In this document: positions 29,173 through 38,756 of the stretch, piece by piece
How the letters are laid out: each line of letters begins with the position of its first letter
How positions within the stretch are numbered: the first letter of the stretch is position 1
Source: a virus
DNA: 64,000 nt
Direction: 5' to 3' (one strand)
IMG/VR virus record: IMGVR_UViG_3300029953_000012
Coordinates: 36,201 to 100,200 of that record
Made by a program: the position numbers and the translations under genes
Notes under the pieces: generated by a model
The model's database searches: none
Told to the model about the DNA's origin: nothing
The model's input: only the letters and a program-made list of their open reading frames with translations

Positions 29173-30891
29173 TTATAGGGGAACTTGGGTATTTGTATAT
29201 GATTTTTCAAATTTTATTAAGCCGCAGTCGTAGATGCGTTGCCATCCATGGCTGCTCATATTCTCCCATTCAGTTTTACTAGCGTCGTAATTTAACAACT
29301 TATTAATTAAATACTTATGCCTAAATCCAAACTTATGATGGAGTTTCTTTTCCGGGGGGTGGAAATAAAAATAACTTGGTTCATTTTCTTTGGTTAATTG
29401 AAAGCCTAATTGGTAATAAAGATTCCCGACAGACCATCTTTTATCAGCAAAGGAGAAAACGTGATGTGGATGGTAATTTTTCTCAAAAAAAGATAATAAT
29501 TTAGATGCCCCGCCGCAGACATTAAAATGATTTATCCCCGAAAAGCGGGATAGTTCATAGTCGTTATCTCTAACCGAGAATGTCATTACGTTAACCAGCC
29601 GGTTTTTATAGAAAAGTCCCAAGAATATTCCCGAACCATAATCCTGTCCTTGGATATGGTATTTATCTAGAAATTTGTTTTTGGTATTAAAATCAATTAG
29701 TCGGACTTCACATTTACGCGCAAAAATACGTCTTTTGACTAGCCCCAAGTAGTGTTTGAGGCGACTGAAGACGATTTTAGGTTTGTCTAAGAGTTCATTC
29801 TCGAAGATTTGTATAACTCGTTTATCAACAGATTGTTTTAAAAAATTTAATTGGCCATTTGGTTCTTTAGAATTATATAGTTCTACGACCTTAATAATTA
29901 TATTTTTACTCGGTATATTAAATATTTTATCTTCTTGTGTAAATTCCACTTCACATTGATTAAGTAATTGATTTATTGAAAGTATTTTATTTTTTAATGG
30001 CTCATTAAATAATGAGGGATATTTATTTTTTAATATTTCAATAATTTCTAATACTTCTGGTTTTTCCCATTTGCGAGCCAATTTTAGTACTTCCATGGAA
30101 TTAATTTTATGAATGATTCTAGCGGCGTTGATGCCATTTATATTAAAGGTATATAGGTTCTTGTTTTTATGTTCTGGATGAATACTAGCTTTAATTTTGT
30201 CATTAAGAAAAGCTTCTACCGTTGACTTTATCCAAATGAGGAGTTTCTCCGTTCCTAAAATAGATATTCTAATACAATTTTCGGCTTGAGGACCGTTTAC
30301 AAAAATAGAACCATCTCCAGTAATAATCCCCGAAATATAAGCAAGATAATTGTCTAGGTTGTTTGATTCTTTTGGCGGTTCGAGATTATGACTCTTTTTG
30401 CCGGAATGGATATTCCAATTTTTATATAAGTCTTCTAACCATTTATCGGCTGAAGAAATTTCCAATCTAGATTTTTTATCTAAATAATGGTAGGTTTTTC
30501 CGCTTCTTTTGTCAAGAAATATTGCTTGTTTTTCAGTAGAGGAAATCATATAATTGGATTTGGCTAAACGATTAAATTCTTGCAGCAAAAATATGTCTTT
30601 CGTGTTAATGCCGAGGCATACTCTTCCAGCCCTGTTTCCTTTCTTGGGTGATAAATGCCCATCGCTTGCTATAATTCCACTAATACTACTATTAACCGTA
30701 TTTGGTACTTCAAAGAATAATTCGTCTTTTTGGTATTTCTTACAAACGCCCAAAAATGTTTGCCTTGCTTTTACGGCGTTATAATTTCTACCGGGGAGCA
30801 GTTTTACTATCTCCAGCAACGGAATAGTCTCATACTTATCAATAATAATCTTATCTTCTTCTGGTTTCCAAATGTTTCTCATACCTATCAT
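29173..30891 (-). CDS. Double-motif LAGLIDADG homing endonuclease fused to a Hef-like/GNAT-fold C-terminal region
   Basis: N-terminal Myb-like 'WKPEEDKII...LPGRNYNAVK'. LAGLIDADG motifs 'ISGIIASDGH' and 'YISGIITGDGSI'. C-terminus 'IFARKCEV...FLDKYHIQG...ELSRF...GGASKLL...SFADKRWS.GNLY..LGF...IYDCG'. Confidence 0.8.
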   Translation of the reverse strand: MIGMRNIWKPEEDKIIIDKYETIPLLEIVKLLPGRNYNAVKARQTFLGVCKKYQKDELFFEVPNTVNSSISGIIASDGHLSPKKGNRAGRVCLGINTKDIFLLQEFNRLAKSNYMISSTEKQAIFLDKRSGKTYHYLDKKSRLEISSADKWLEDLYKNWNIHSGKKSHNLEPPKESNNLDNYLAYISGIITGDGSIFVNGPQAENCIRISILGTEKLLIWIKSTVEAFLNDKIKASIHPEHKNKNLYTFNINGINAARIIHKINSMEVLKLARKWEKPEVLEIIEILKNKYPSLFNEPLKNKILSINQLLNQCEVEFTQEDKIFNIPSKNIIIKVVELYNSKEPNGQLNFLKQSVDKRVIQIFENELLDKPKIVFSRLKHYLGLVKRRIFARKCEVRLIDFNTKNKFLDKYHIQGQDYGSGIFLGLFYKNRLVNVMTFSVRDNDYELSRFSGINHFNVCGGASKLLSFFEKNYHPHHVFSFADKRWSVGNLYYQLGFQLTKENEPSYFYFHPPEKKLHHKFGFRHKYLINKLLNYDASKTEWENMSSHGWQRIYDCGLIKFEKSYTNTQVPL

Positions 30892-30892
30892 T

Positions 30893-30921
30893 ATTATAGG
30901 TCAAGTTTCTTGTTTCGTCAA
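30893..30921 (-). promoter_or_regulatory. sigma70 consensus promoter of the LAGLIDADG gene
   Basis: TTGACG (30921-30916), 17 nt, then TATAAT (30898-30893). Confidence 0.85.
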
Positions 30922-30931
30922 GTAAAAATAA

Positions 30932-30963
30932 TAAAAAAACGGTGGGCTATAAAACCCACCGTT
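30932..30963 (-). terminator. Rho-independent terminator after the major capsid gene
   Basis: AACGGTGGG-TTTTATAG-CCCACCGTT followed by a T run. Confidence 0.88.
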
Positions 30964-30982
30964 ACATTGAAAACATTGACGA

Positions 30983-32173
30983 TTATATCACGATGCCAAC
31001 GACCGAGCGGGCGTCGAGACACACGCGACCCTCTTCGAGAAATCCATAGAATCCAACTTTCTGGACTCTGGAACCGTACATGTCGAATTGACCATCGGGA
31101 AGAACTGAGAACGTTCCACCGGATTCAGCTTGAACTGCGACCGGGCGAACAAACGCACCGCGAGTATTATCAATACCAACAGCGATTTGCTGAGTGGTCG
31201 ATGAAGTCCAAGAAGCGGAACCAGTTGCGCTGTAGGTCGATGAACCTTGAACCTGAGTAGCAGCATTGCTAGAAGCAGCGAATTGGTTGAACAAAACGTT
31301 GTATTTCTGACTGTTACCGAATTCGACGAGTTCTACGAGGTTAACGCCGTAAATACTCTGCATACCAGCGTTTCTAAAAATCTCGTCGCGGAGGTTTTCG
31401 GAAAGGAATTGACCACGGATACCACCAATAGCGGTTGAATCGCTGGAAGTGGTGTTAATTGGGTTGTAAGCAAACGCACGAACCATCGCTTTGATTTCAG
31501 GAGCAACATACAGGTCAGTAATACCGTGTGAGTAAGGCTGAACTGGAGTGTTTGCGCTGTACGATTCGTTGATTCTCTTGATACGGAGAATAAGATTGTT
31601 TAAGTCAGCCAAAAGGAACTGACCGGCGTTAGTAGCCGCAATCGTGTGACCATAGGTACTGGTAGAAGACTGACCGGGACCAAGAATTGGGGTGTAGGCT
31701 TCAGCGAGAGACTTCAAAACGACAGCCCAAGCATTACGCTCCTGCTTAACCAAAACTTCGTTGACCATACGTTCAATGGCCTTGGAAACAACGTCCAAAC
31801 GGCTCTTGCGGGCGTATTTCTTGTTGAAAGATACAGCAGAGTCAAGGCGGTAAGTACCAATCTTGATTTCAGCCATACCAGAAACTTGTGAAGTAGGAAG
31901 ACCACCAGCTTGTGACTGACTCCAAATAGATACGTATCCAGTACCTTCATTGTAGAACAAATCGAGTGGAATAGATGGGTCTGAATCTTCGTCATATTCC
32001 ATATCACGATAGATTGTTGACGCCGTACCCGCAGTCATCAAGACTTTCTTAAGGACGGGGGCCAAGAAAGCAGCAATAGCTTCTGTGGCTTCACGGGCAA
32101 CCGACTGCTTGGAAGAACCCATGGCCTTGATAAGCTCAATTTGTTCTGGAGTGTTTTTAAGTTGGATTTGCAT
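30983..32173 (-). CDS. Major capsid protein
   Basis: 396 aa, following protease/scaffold and a decoration gene, with a strong terminator and highly expressed-gene codon usage. HK97-like features include 'DVVSKAIERMVNEVLVKQE', 'TDLYVAPE' and 'KVGFYGFLEEG'. Confidence 0.85.
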   Translation of the reverse strand: MQIQLKNTPEQIELIKAMGSSKQSVAREATEAIAAFLAPVLKKVLMTAGTASTIYRDMEYDEDSDPSIPLDLFYNEGTGYVSIWSQSQAGGLPTSQVSGMAEIKIGTYRLDSAVSFNKKYARKSRLDVVSKAIERMVNEVLVKQERNAWAVVLKSLAEAYTPILGPGQSSTSTYGHTIAATNAGQFLLADLNNLILRIKRINESYSANTPVQPYSHGITDLYVAPEIKAMVRAFAYNPINTTSSDSTAIGGIRGQFLSENLRDEIFRNAGMQSIYGVNLVELVEFGNSQKYNVLFNQFAASSNAATQVQGSSTYSATGSASWTSSTTQQIAVGIDNTRGAFVRPVAVQAESGGTFSVLPDGQFDMYGSRVQKVGFYGFLEEGRVCLDARSVVGIVI

Positions 32174-32208
32174 AAATGTTTTTCCTTTTTTTTATTTAAT
32201 TATTAATC

Positions 32209-32793
32209 TTAGTAAAGTCCCAATCTGATAAGAGCAGAACCATCTGCACCTGTTCCACCGAGAGCGATACCAATTTGTGGAAGAACTCCAGTATTTTGTA
32301 GCGCAACAATCGTTCCGCTCGTGCTACCATAAAGAGCCTGACCTCCTTGAACGTTACCAGTAAGACCAGAATAAAGGAAGGTACCACGGGTAACGATAGG
32401 AACCGTTTGACCGGAAATACAAGCTTCCAACTCAGCAGCCTTGCGAGGGTTATACTTAAGAGGAATGTTGTTTTCGTCCAATTCGCGGATATCAAACAGG
32501 GTAATACCGATTGGGTATTCGCCGACGAAACCAGAAGTATAACTGCCAGTACCATAATATGTAACATAAGCAGAAGTCCCGTAACGCAAAGCTTGAACGT
32601 TGTTCACGCTAAAATCACCATATTGGCCAAGAATATTCAATGGCTCTAGGTCATTTCTCCAACCCCCGCTGGCTGGAATAGCAACAAGAGTTCCCTTGTT
32701 AACAATTTGGCCTGAACTTGTCTGGCCCGAAAACGTGTAAAGATTCAATACATCTTTCTCGTTATAATCTCTCAATGGTCTTAGTAATGGCAT
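32209..32793 (-). CDS. Putative capsid decoration/cement protein
   Basis: 194 aa between scaffold and MCP, AGGAG SD, 'GQTVPIVTRG' motif. Confidence 0.6.
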   Translation of the reverse strand: MPLLRPLRDYNEKDVLNLYTFSGQTSSGQIVNKGTLVAIPASGGWRNDLEPLNILGQYGDFSVNNVQALRYGTSAYVTYYGTGSYTSGFVGEYPIGITLFDIRELDENNIPLKYNPRKAAELEACISGQTVPIVTRGTFLYSGLTGNVQGGQALYGSTSGTIVALQNTGVLPQIGIALGGTGADGSALIRLGLY

Positions 32794-32822
32794 ATTTTTT
32801 TTCTCCTGTTGTTTCTGTTAAT

Positions 32823-34424
32823 TTATTTCGTTGGTGTGATAATAAAACCTTCTTCCGCAAATGCGGTCTTAAATTTTTCTTTTAGTCCCTGTGCTACGGC
32901 ACTTGAACTATTTGGCAAACCGCCCTTCGTGACATTAGCATTATCCAAAGCACCTTCTACGGCTGATGCAATCGCTTCCGTTGAGGCATTGGCACCCTTT
33001 TTACCGTCTTTGTCATTAGCAGCCTTGTCAGCAGCATCTTTATCAGCCTTAACCTTAGCTTCGGCGTCTTCCATATCTTTCTTTTTCTTGGATGCTTCTG
33101 CTTCATCCATATCAGCTTTAGCTTTCTTAGCAGCAGCAATAGCGGACTTAGAATATGGCTTCAAAAGAGTCTCAGCCTTGGTTTTCCATGAAGCATAAGC
33201 TTCGGCAGTTGAAATATTCTTCAAATCATCAGCAACAATCGTAGCTACTTCATCAGGCAATTCATAAGAAGCGACCGTTTCGCTCATACGAGTATTAAAG
33301 GCATCAACTTTATCACGGTCGGCCTTTTCCTTAGCCATCGCATCCAAAGATGCCTTCATTTCGTCAAGTTTCTTATTAAGTTCTTGAGCAGTAGCCTGAA
33401 CTTGTTGTGCCGCTTGAGCTTGTTGCGCCTTTTCTTCAGTAAAGGTCTTACTAGCCTTTGAAAGTTCTGACTGAATGAACTCAGCGACAGCCGAAGCCGA
33501 ACACTGTTTTAAATTTTCATCCGTAATGTCTGTGATTGAATTAATTTTCATAATAGCTGTTCTTTCTCTTTTTACATTGATTTGTTGTGTTTGTGAAATA
33601 CTTTCTGCAATTGTTGTGATATTTTTTTTATTTAGGTCTTCAGAGGCAACAGATTCCGCCTTTGCTTCAGGTTCTTTTTGGTCAACATTAGTTGCAATAC
33701 CCTTAACTTCTGCGGCTGGTTTTTCAGTTAAACCAATACCCATGGCTATTACATTTTCATTAGGCATACGATAATAGTTTTTATTATCTTTACAACCAGA
33801 ACCACCAGAAGACTTTAGGTATTTGTCAATTTTCTTTAAAAATTCTGGGTCTTTAATGATTTTTCCTTCTGATAAGTTTTTGTCTCCCGGTTCTAATTCT
33901 ACAACATCATAACCAGAGAATCCAAGTTCCCAACTAGCCGATACTTTGCGATAATTATCTGAGTCTTGGTCACTTGAATCTTCTACAAGGTCACACAAAT
34001 CGCCATTTACCGCTCTCCATAAAACACCACCCAAAGTTATATTAAAAGGAATATCTTTACCTCTTACGTCGTCTTCTGTAAGAATTTTGTTAGTATGAAA
34101 CTCACTTAAAGAAGCAGTTAAAATAACACCAATGACCTTCTGTCTATTATGTTCTGTGTCGATAAATTTGTTGATAAATGTCTTGTAGGTGGCAAGAGCA
34201 ATCTCAGTATTAATGATATCGCCGTTCTTGTTTCCACGGTTAACAACACAAGCATCGAAAGCGACAGGAAGAAGGTCTATGTTACGAAGTGTATCAATAT
34301 TAGGAACAAATTTAGAAAGTTCATCCATTGAAGCAATAGCGAGTAGTTTGTCCTTTTCTTCGGAAACTACGGGACGAATTACTGACGCAAATATATTATG
34401 AAATGGTAACTCTTTTGGTGACAT
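32823..34424 (-). CDS. Prohead protease fused to scaffold
   Basis: N-terminal 'NKNGDII...FINKFIDTEHN...IG...SASWE' protease-like motifs. The C-terminal half is an Ala/Lys/Glu coiled coil. Confidence 0.75.
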   Translation of the reverse strand: MSPKELPFHNIFASVIRPVVSEEKDKLLAIASMDELSKFVPNIDTLRNIDLLPVAFDACVVNRGNKNGDIINTEIALATYKTFINKFIDTEHNRQKVIGVILTASLSEFHTNKILTEDDVRGKDIPFNITLGGVLWRAVNGDLCDLVEDSSDQDSDNYRKVSASWELGFSGYDVVELEPGDKNLSEGKIIKDPEFLKKIDKYLKSSGGSGCKDNKNYYRMPNENVIAMGIGLTEKPAAEVKGIATNVDQKEPEAKAESVASEDLNKKNITTIAESISQTQQINVKRERTAIMKINSITDITDENLKQCSASAVAEFIQSELSKASKTFTEEKAQQAQAAQQVQATAQELNKKLDEMKASLDAMAKEKADRDKVDAFNTRMSETVASYELPDEVATIVADDLKNISTAEAYASWKTKAETLLKPYSKSAIAAAKKAKADMDEAEASKKKKDMEDAEAKVKADKDAADKAANDKDGKKGANASTEAIASAVEGALDNANVTKGGLPNSSSAVAQGLKEKFKTAFAEEGFIITPTK

Positions 34425-34433
34425 AATCCTTTG

Positions 34434-34442
34434 TAATTACAC
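34434..34442 (-). promoter_or_regulatory. Late-promoter motif GTGTAATTA
   Basis: Exact copy, 9 nt upstream of the ATG at 34424 (capsid operon). Confidence 0.7.
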
Positions 34443-34461
34443 AAATTTTTGATATTTGGTA

Positions 34462-36210
34462 TTAACAACCTATCACTCCCGAAGGACACGCTGCCGTCCA
34501 AGTAAGTATACTATTAAATATTGGAAATAAACTACCACCCTGTCCAGTTAGATAATTATATTCTAAAGAACTTGAATTAATAATTTTAGTAGTTGGAGAG
34601 TTGTTGCTGCCACCAGTTTGTATGGTTGGGATGAAATATCCTGAACCACTTAATCCAGATAACAGACAATCAAAAAATGGTACTACATTTATATAATCAG
34701 CATTAGGACCAACGCTATAAGTAGTTGAAATTGTCACTGGGTCAATATATCCAAGAATATAACTTCGAACGTATTGTATGGCTCCAATCCCTAAATTAAT
34801 ATAAAACTGTGGAAATTGATAAGACGTTGTAATAGAACCCCCACGATAACCACTCGAAAAATAAGAACGGGATTGTACACCACTATAAACTTTCGGTGTT
34901 GGAGTTGAAGATGTAGAAACGTCTCCTGTGTTTGGATATTCGACGGAACTTGTGGAACTTCTTATATTATATGGATTTTGATACCAATAATTAGAGTTTT
35001 GATAATACGCTCCAGAAGTACTATTTCCGCTAACTAGGATATTAAAAGGTAAAATACCAGAATTCTGAGGTAGTGTTTTCCCAGCAGTATTCCAAGGTTT
35101 ATATAGTCCAGTTGGACATTCTCCTCCGGTTGTACTTACTAAAAATTGAGTATTATCATCAGAAACATAAGCAGAAAAAGAACCACCAATATCATAAATA
35201 CAAGAAGGTTCTAATGGAATGCCTAACGATGGGATAAAAGATTCCCCATATAAATTAGAAGTAGTAAAAGAACCATAAACGTAATCATATTGCTGTAATC
35301 TCCAATTATTATTTGGAGCAGAAATGGTTTGATTGTTTTGGGCCATTGTGCTATCTATAATTAATTTTATTCCCGGATTAGTGATATTAGAAACAAATCC
35401 CAAAGTACTCCAATTTGCATCTGGAGGATGAGGAATTCCAGTATAAATTCCAGTTTGTATCCCGGTGTTAAAAGTTATATTTAATTGATAAGTTACCGTC
35501 ATCACATCTCCAGAATTTACAGAAAAGTTTCCGGTGATTCTTGCGAAAGCCGCAGACGCATCACACAGTTTTAGTCTTGTCCTTGTACCAGCACTACTTC
35601 CATATTGATTATTTATTTGTTCTGGGAGACCTTGTAAAAGTGAATAATAGCTAGCTATCTGAGAACAATCCTTGCCAGTTACGTGGGAACCATCTTCAGC
35701 CAAGGAATACGCTATTTCTGAGCAACTACATAATCCAGTTAGCGTAGTATAAGAAAGGTCTGTATAACCAGAAACATAAGGTCTACCGGGACTAACCATT
35801 ATCTCTTTAAAATTATAAGTTGAATTAAAAATATCACCCGTTATATCTGGCAAACCCCATTGTCTAATTAAACTTATTGTGTTTGACGCCGGATTAGCGT
35901 AATTACCACAACCAGCAGCTAAAAATCCTCCTGTAGTATAAAACCCAGAATCTAAATATTGAAATCCAGAAACCCCACTCATTAATCCAGTAGTAGCTGG
36001 GTAAACGCCACTTCCAGTAGAATTGACTCCAGTTCCCGTTCCTAAACTTAAATATCTAAAGCAGTCAGCAAACGCAAAATAGTAAGGATATAGTGTTCCC
36101 GAATTTGTGATAAAATTATCAATATAGTTCGACGTTCTTAATAATTCCCCGCTTTTATTGTAAACATCGACTTTGAACTGACCGCCTAAATTTAAGTGAT
36201 TAACAGGCAT
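34462..36210 (-). CDS. Virion protein, paralog of 36212-38713
   Basis: Start revised to MPVNHL at 36210. N-terminus 'GQFKVDVY...DNFITNSGTLYP...FADCFRYLSLGTG'. Confidence 0.6.
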   Translation of the reverse strand: MPVNHLNLGGQFKVDVYNKSGELLRTSNYIDNFITNSGTLYPYYFAFADCFRYLSLGTGTGVNSTGSGVYPATTGLMSGVSGFQYLDSGFYTTGGFLAAGCGNYANPASNTISLIRQWGLPDITGDIFNSTYNFKEIMVSPGRPYVSGYTDLSYTTLTGLCSCSEIAYSLAEDGSHVTGKDCSQIASYYSLLQGLPEQINNQYGSSAGTRTRLKLCDASAAFARITGNFSVNSGDVMTVTYQLNITFNTGIQTGIYTGIPHPPDANWSTLGFVSNITNPGIKLIIDSTMAQNNQTISAPNNNWRLQQYDYVYGSFTTSNLYGESFIPSLGIPLEPSCIYDIGGSFSAYVSDDNTQFLVSTTGGECPTGLYKPWNTAGKTLPQNSGILPFNILVSGNSTSGAYYQNSNYWYQNPYNIRSSTSSVEYPNTGDVSTSSTPTPKVYSGVQSRSYFSSGYRGGSITTSYQFPQFYINLGIGAIQYVRSYILGYIDPVTISTTYSVGPNADYINVVPFFDCLLSGLSGSGYFIPTIQTGGSNNSPTTKIINSSSLEYNYLTGQGGSLFPIFNSILTWTAACPSGVIGC

Positions 36211-36211
36211 A

Positions 36212-38713
36212 TTAAGCTGACCAAATAAAATCAAAATAAATCTGCATACCATTCTGGGAACTTAATCCCGGAAATGCTCCGCCCCGAATTGGAGAATAAG
36301 TGTTACCCCCGACTCCTGTAAAATTATTATTTCCCGAGGCGTAATTTGGGAGAAGTCTATAGCCGCCAGTAAAATTATTTCCTGTATAATATTCTAAGTG
36401 ATGAATCTTTCCAGAAGGCGCACACAAATTAGTTGGTACGAAACCCGATGTTGCATTTGCTGCCGCAACAATACTCGCTATTCCTGTCACTGTTGAGGCT
36501 GTTATCTGATGAGAAGAATTCACGGTAATAGACACGCTTCCAATCGTATAAGTACCCGCGCCCGCCGAAGAAAGAATAGATGTTCCAACAGAACCCGTTA
36601 CATTACCTACTAACTGAAAACCACTTTGACTAATATAATTATTTGTATCAGAATAAACGTAACCAGTGTAAAAAGTCGGATACCAATATTGAAGTCCTGT
36701 TATAGCCAAACCTATTTTGGAACCCGGATAAGGCCAGCAAAGTAATCCGGTTTCACCCGTTGGGTTCGGTAATGTTCTTATTCCTTGGTCGCCTGAAAAA
36801 CCACTCCATACTGGATTATCAAGAAGACAACAATCATAAGGTAAACCAGTAAATCCAGAATAAGGAGTTATAATTCCGTAAACTGCTCCATATCCATATG
36901 TCCCCGTACTATAACTTCCAGTTAGATTAGACGGGATATTTACCCCGCTGAATATAATTCCCGATTGTGCTAAATTACCGTCTCCCGGAGCGGCTGGGTC
37001 TATATAGCCCGTCCAAGGATAGTTAGTATATAATCCAGTAGTATTACCGGCGTTGTAACCACCCATAAATCCAGTTACATTCAATAGTCTTTGAATAGGA
37101 CTTCCAGATGCACCGCTTACGCCCTGTCCGGTTATACTAAATACGGCTTGATAAACTCCAGTACCACGATTTGTTAAATAAATTTCTGGGATAATACGAT
37201 AATGTGGCATATTAGCTGCTCTTCCAGAGGTATCAAAAAACAAATATTCCATATAAGGATAATTTGGAATTGTTTGTAAAGAACCTATATTAGTTAATCC
37301 GTTTATATTAGCTAAAACCAACGAACCATAACGAGCATTCCATCCTAATGCTTGGATTGGAGATATTCTGGATGATTTTGTGGCCTTTTGAATTCTTCCC
37401 CCCGTAATTGTAGGAGGAATTCTGCGAAGTGCAGTAGAAAATACGGCTGGTTGTCCATAATTAGGAATAGTACTACTAAATAAACTACCACCGGGAGATG
37501 CGTAATCTATAGTCTGTCCAGTTGCATTAACGAAACTTTGACTATTATATTGAAATGTACTACTTATAACTAAACCCGTATATCCAGAAATATTTGGTAA
37601 ATTAGATAAATGTAAATTTTCGTTTGTGGCGGTTAAAACAGGAGGGTTTACATAACTTAACTGAACTGACGAATTAGGTACTGAATCTCCCGAATAATAA
37701 AAAGTATTTTCATCTGCTGGTGCTCCCGGATTAGAGACGTTGGTAATTGCCGCACTTGGATTTGTGGCTCCGGTATAGGATGTATATTCTGAATAATTAG
37801 CGCATAGACCATAAGAATTATAACCATCGTATTCCGCCGAATTACCAAAATGTCCTATACTATCATATTTAGATACCGCATATTGAGAAATGTCAGGTGA
37901 TAAATAGAAGTATAAATTATAAGCATTTACCAAATTTGGTTCAAGCATTGCTCCATGGTCAGTGACAACACAGCCGCCATAATTATCAACACACTGAATA
38001 CCGGGAAATAATTGCCTATAAATTCCACTCAGGTTAGCCCAACCACTTACTAATGTTGTATCGACTCCTCCAACAATGGCGTTTCCTGTATTAAAGTAGC
38101 CATTACCACTTACGCCAGTTGGAAAATAAACATAAGGTTGAGCGTAATCATTAAAATTCAAAGAAAGCATGTAATAAATCGTCGCATTATATCCAGAAGC
38201 AATAAACACAGATTGATTTACGCAACTAAATGGATAACATCCTGTTGGGTCAGAACCACTCGAAGGGGAAACCATAAATGAGTCGATTTCTAATCCAGTT
38301 CCTCCAATTGCACCAGTTCCTGATGGGAGATTCCATGCCCTAAAAAGATTAACTCCACTTGGAGTAAACTGAGTTCCACAAGCCGAACTTCCAATTAATC
38401 CAGAAGCATAAAATGGCCATCCCATATAACTTCCTGTCTGATAATTCCCATCCTGTGTCTGGAAGGTATTTATTGGCGTTGCTCCGCTATAAAATCCAGT
38501 ATAACTTTGAAGACCATTGGTTTGTTCTGTAAATTGACCGCTACCAATAGATAAAAACATAAAACATCTAGCGAATGGATAAGTAAAAGGGTAAAGAACT
38601 CCCGTGTTGGTAATGTCGTTATCAAACCAATCGGTTGTTTCCATTAGTGTTTTACCACTAAAGATTTCGACTTTATACCGACCCTTCATACTGCATTTTA
38701 TATTGCTTTTCAT
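36212..38713 (-). CDS. SG/TG-rich virion protein (collar/fibre-attachment-like N-terminus)
   Basis: N-terminus 'GRYKVEIF...DNDITNTGVLYP...FARCFMFLSIGSG'. Upstream motif GTGTATTAT at 38746-38754. Confidence 0.6.
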   Translation of the reverse strand: MKSNIKCSMKGRYKVEIFSGKTLMETTDWFDNDITNTGVLYPFTYPFARCFMFLSIGSGQFTEQTNGLQSYTGFYSGATPINTFQTQDGNYQTGSYMGWPFYASGLIGSSACGTQFTPSGVNLFRAWNLPSGTGAIGGTGLEIDSFMVSPSSGSDPTGCYPFSCVNQSVFIASGYNATIYYMLSLNFNDYAQPYVYFPTGVSGNGYFNTGNAIVGGVDTTLVSGWANLSGIYRQLFPGIQCVDNYGGCVVTDHGAMLEPNLVNAYNLYFYLSPDISQYAVSKYDSIGHFGNSAEYDGYNSYGLCANYSEYTSYTGATNPSAAITNVSNPGAPADENTFYYSGDSVPNSSVQLSYVNPPVLTATNENLHLSNLPNISGYTGLVISSTFQYNSQSFVNATGQTIDYASPGGSLFSSTIPNYGQPAVFSTALRRIPPTITGGRIQKATKSSRISPIQALGWNARYGSLVLANINGLTNIGSLQTIPNYPYMEYLFFDTSGRAANMPHYRIIPEIYLTNRGTGVYQAVFSITGQGVSGASGSPIQRLLNVTGFMGGYNAGNTTGLYTNYPWTGYIDPAAPGDGNLAQSGIIFSGVNIPSNLTGSYSTGTYGYGAVYGIITPYSGFTGLPYDCCLLDNPVWSGFSGDQGIRTLPNPTGETGLLCWPYPGSKIGLAITGLQYWYPTFYTGYVYSDTNNYISQSGFQLVGNVTGSVGTSILSSAGAGTYTIGSVSITVNSSHQITASTVTGIASIVAAANATSGFVPTNLCAPSGKIHHLEYYTGNNFTGGYRLLPNYASGNNNFTGVGGNTYSPIRGGAFPGLSSQNGMQIYFDFIWSA

Positions 38714-38756
38714 TAAAATTCCTTTTACCTAGTTTATTATATGATATAATACACTT

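Noticed and set aside
30983-33500. Higher GC and antisense ORFs over the capsid genes as horizontal transfer or overlapping genes
   Set aside because: Explained by codon bias of highly expressed Ala-rich genes. The shadow ORFs have no recognisable motifs.
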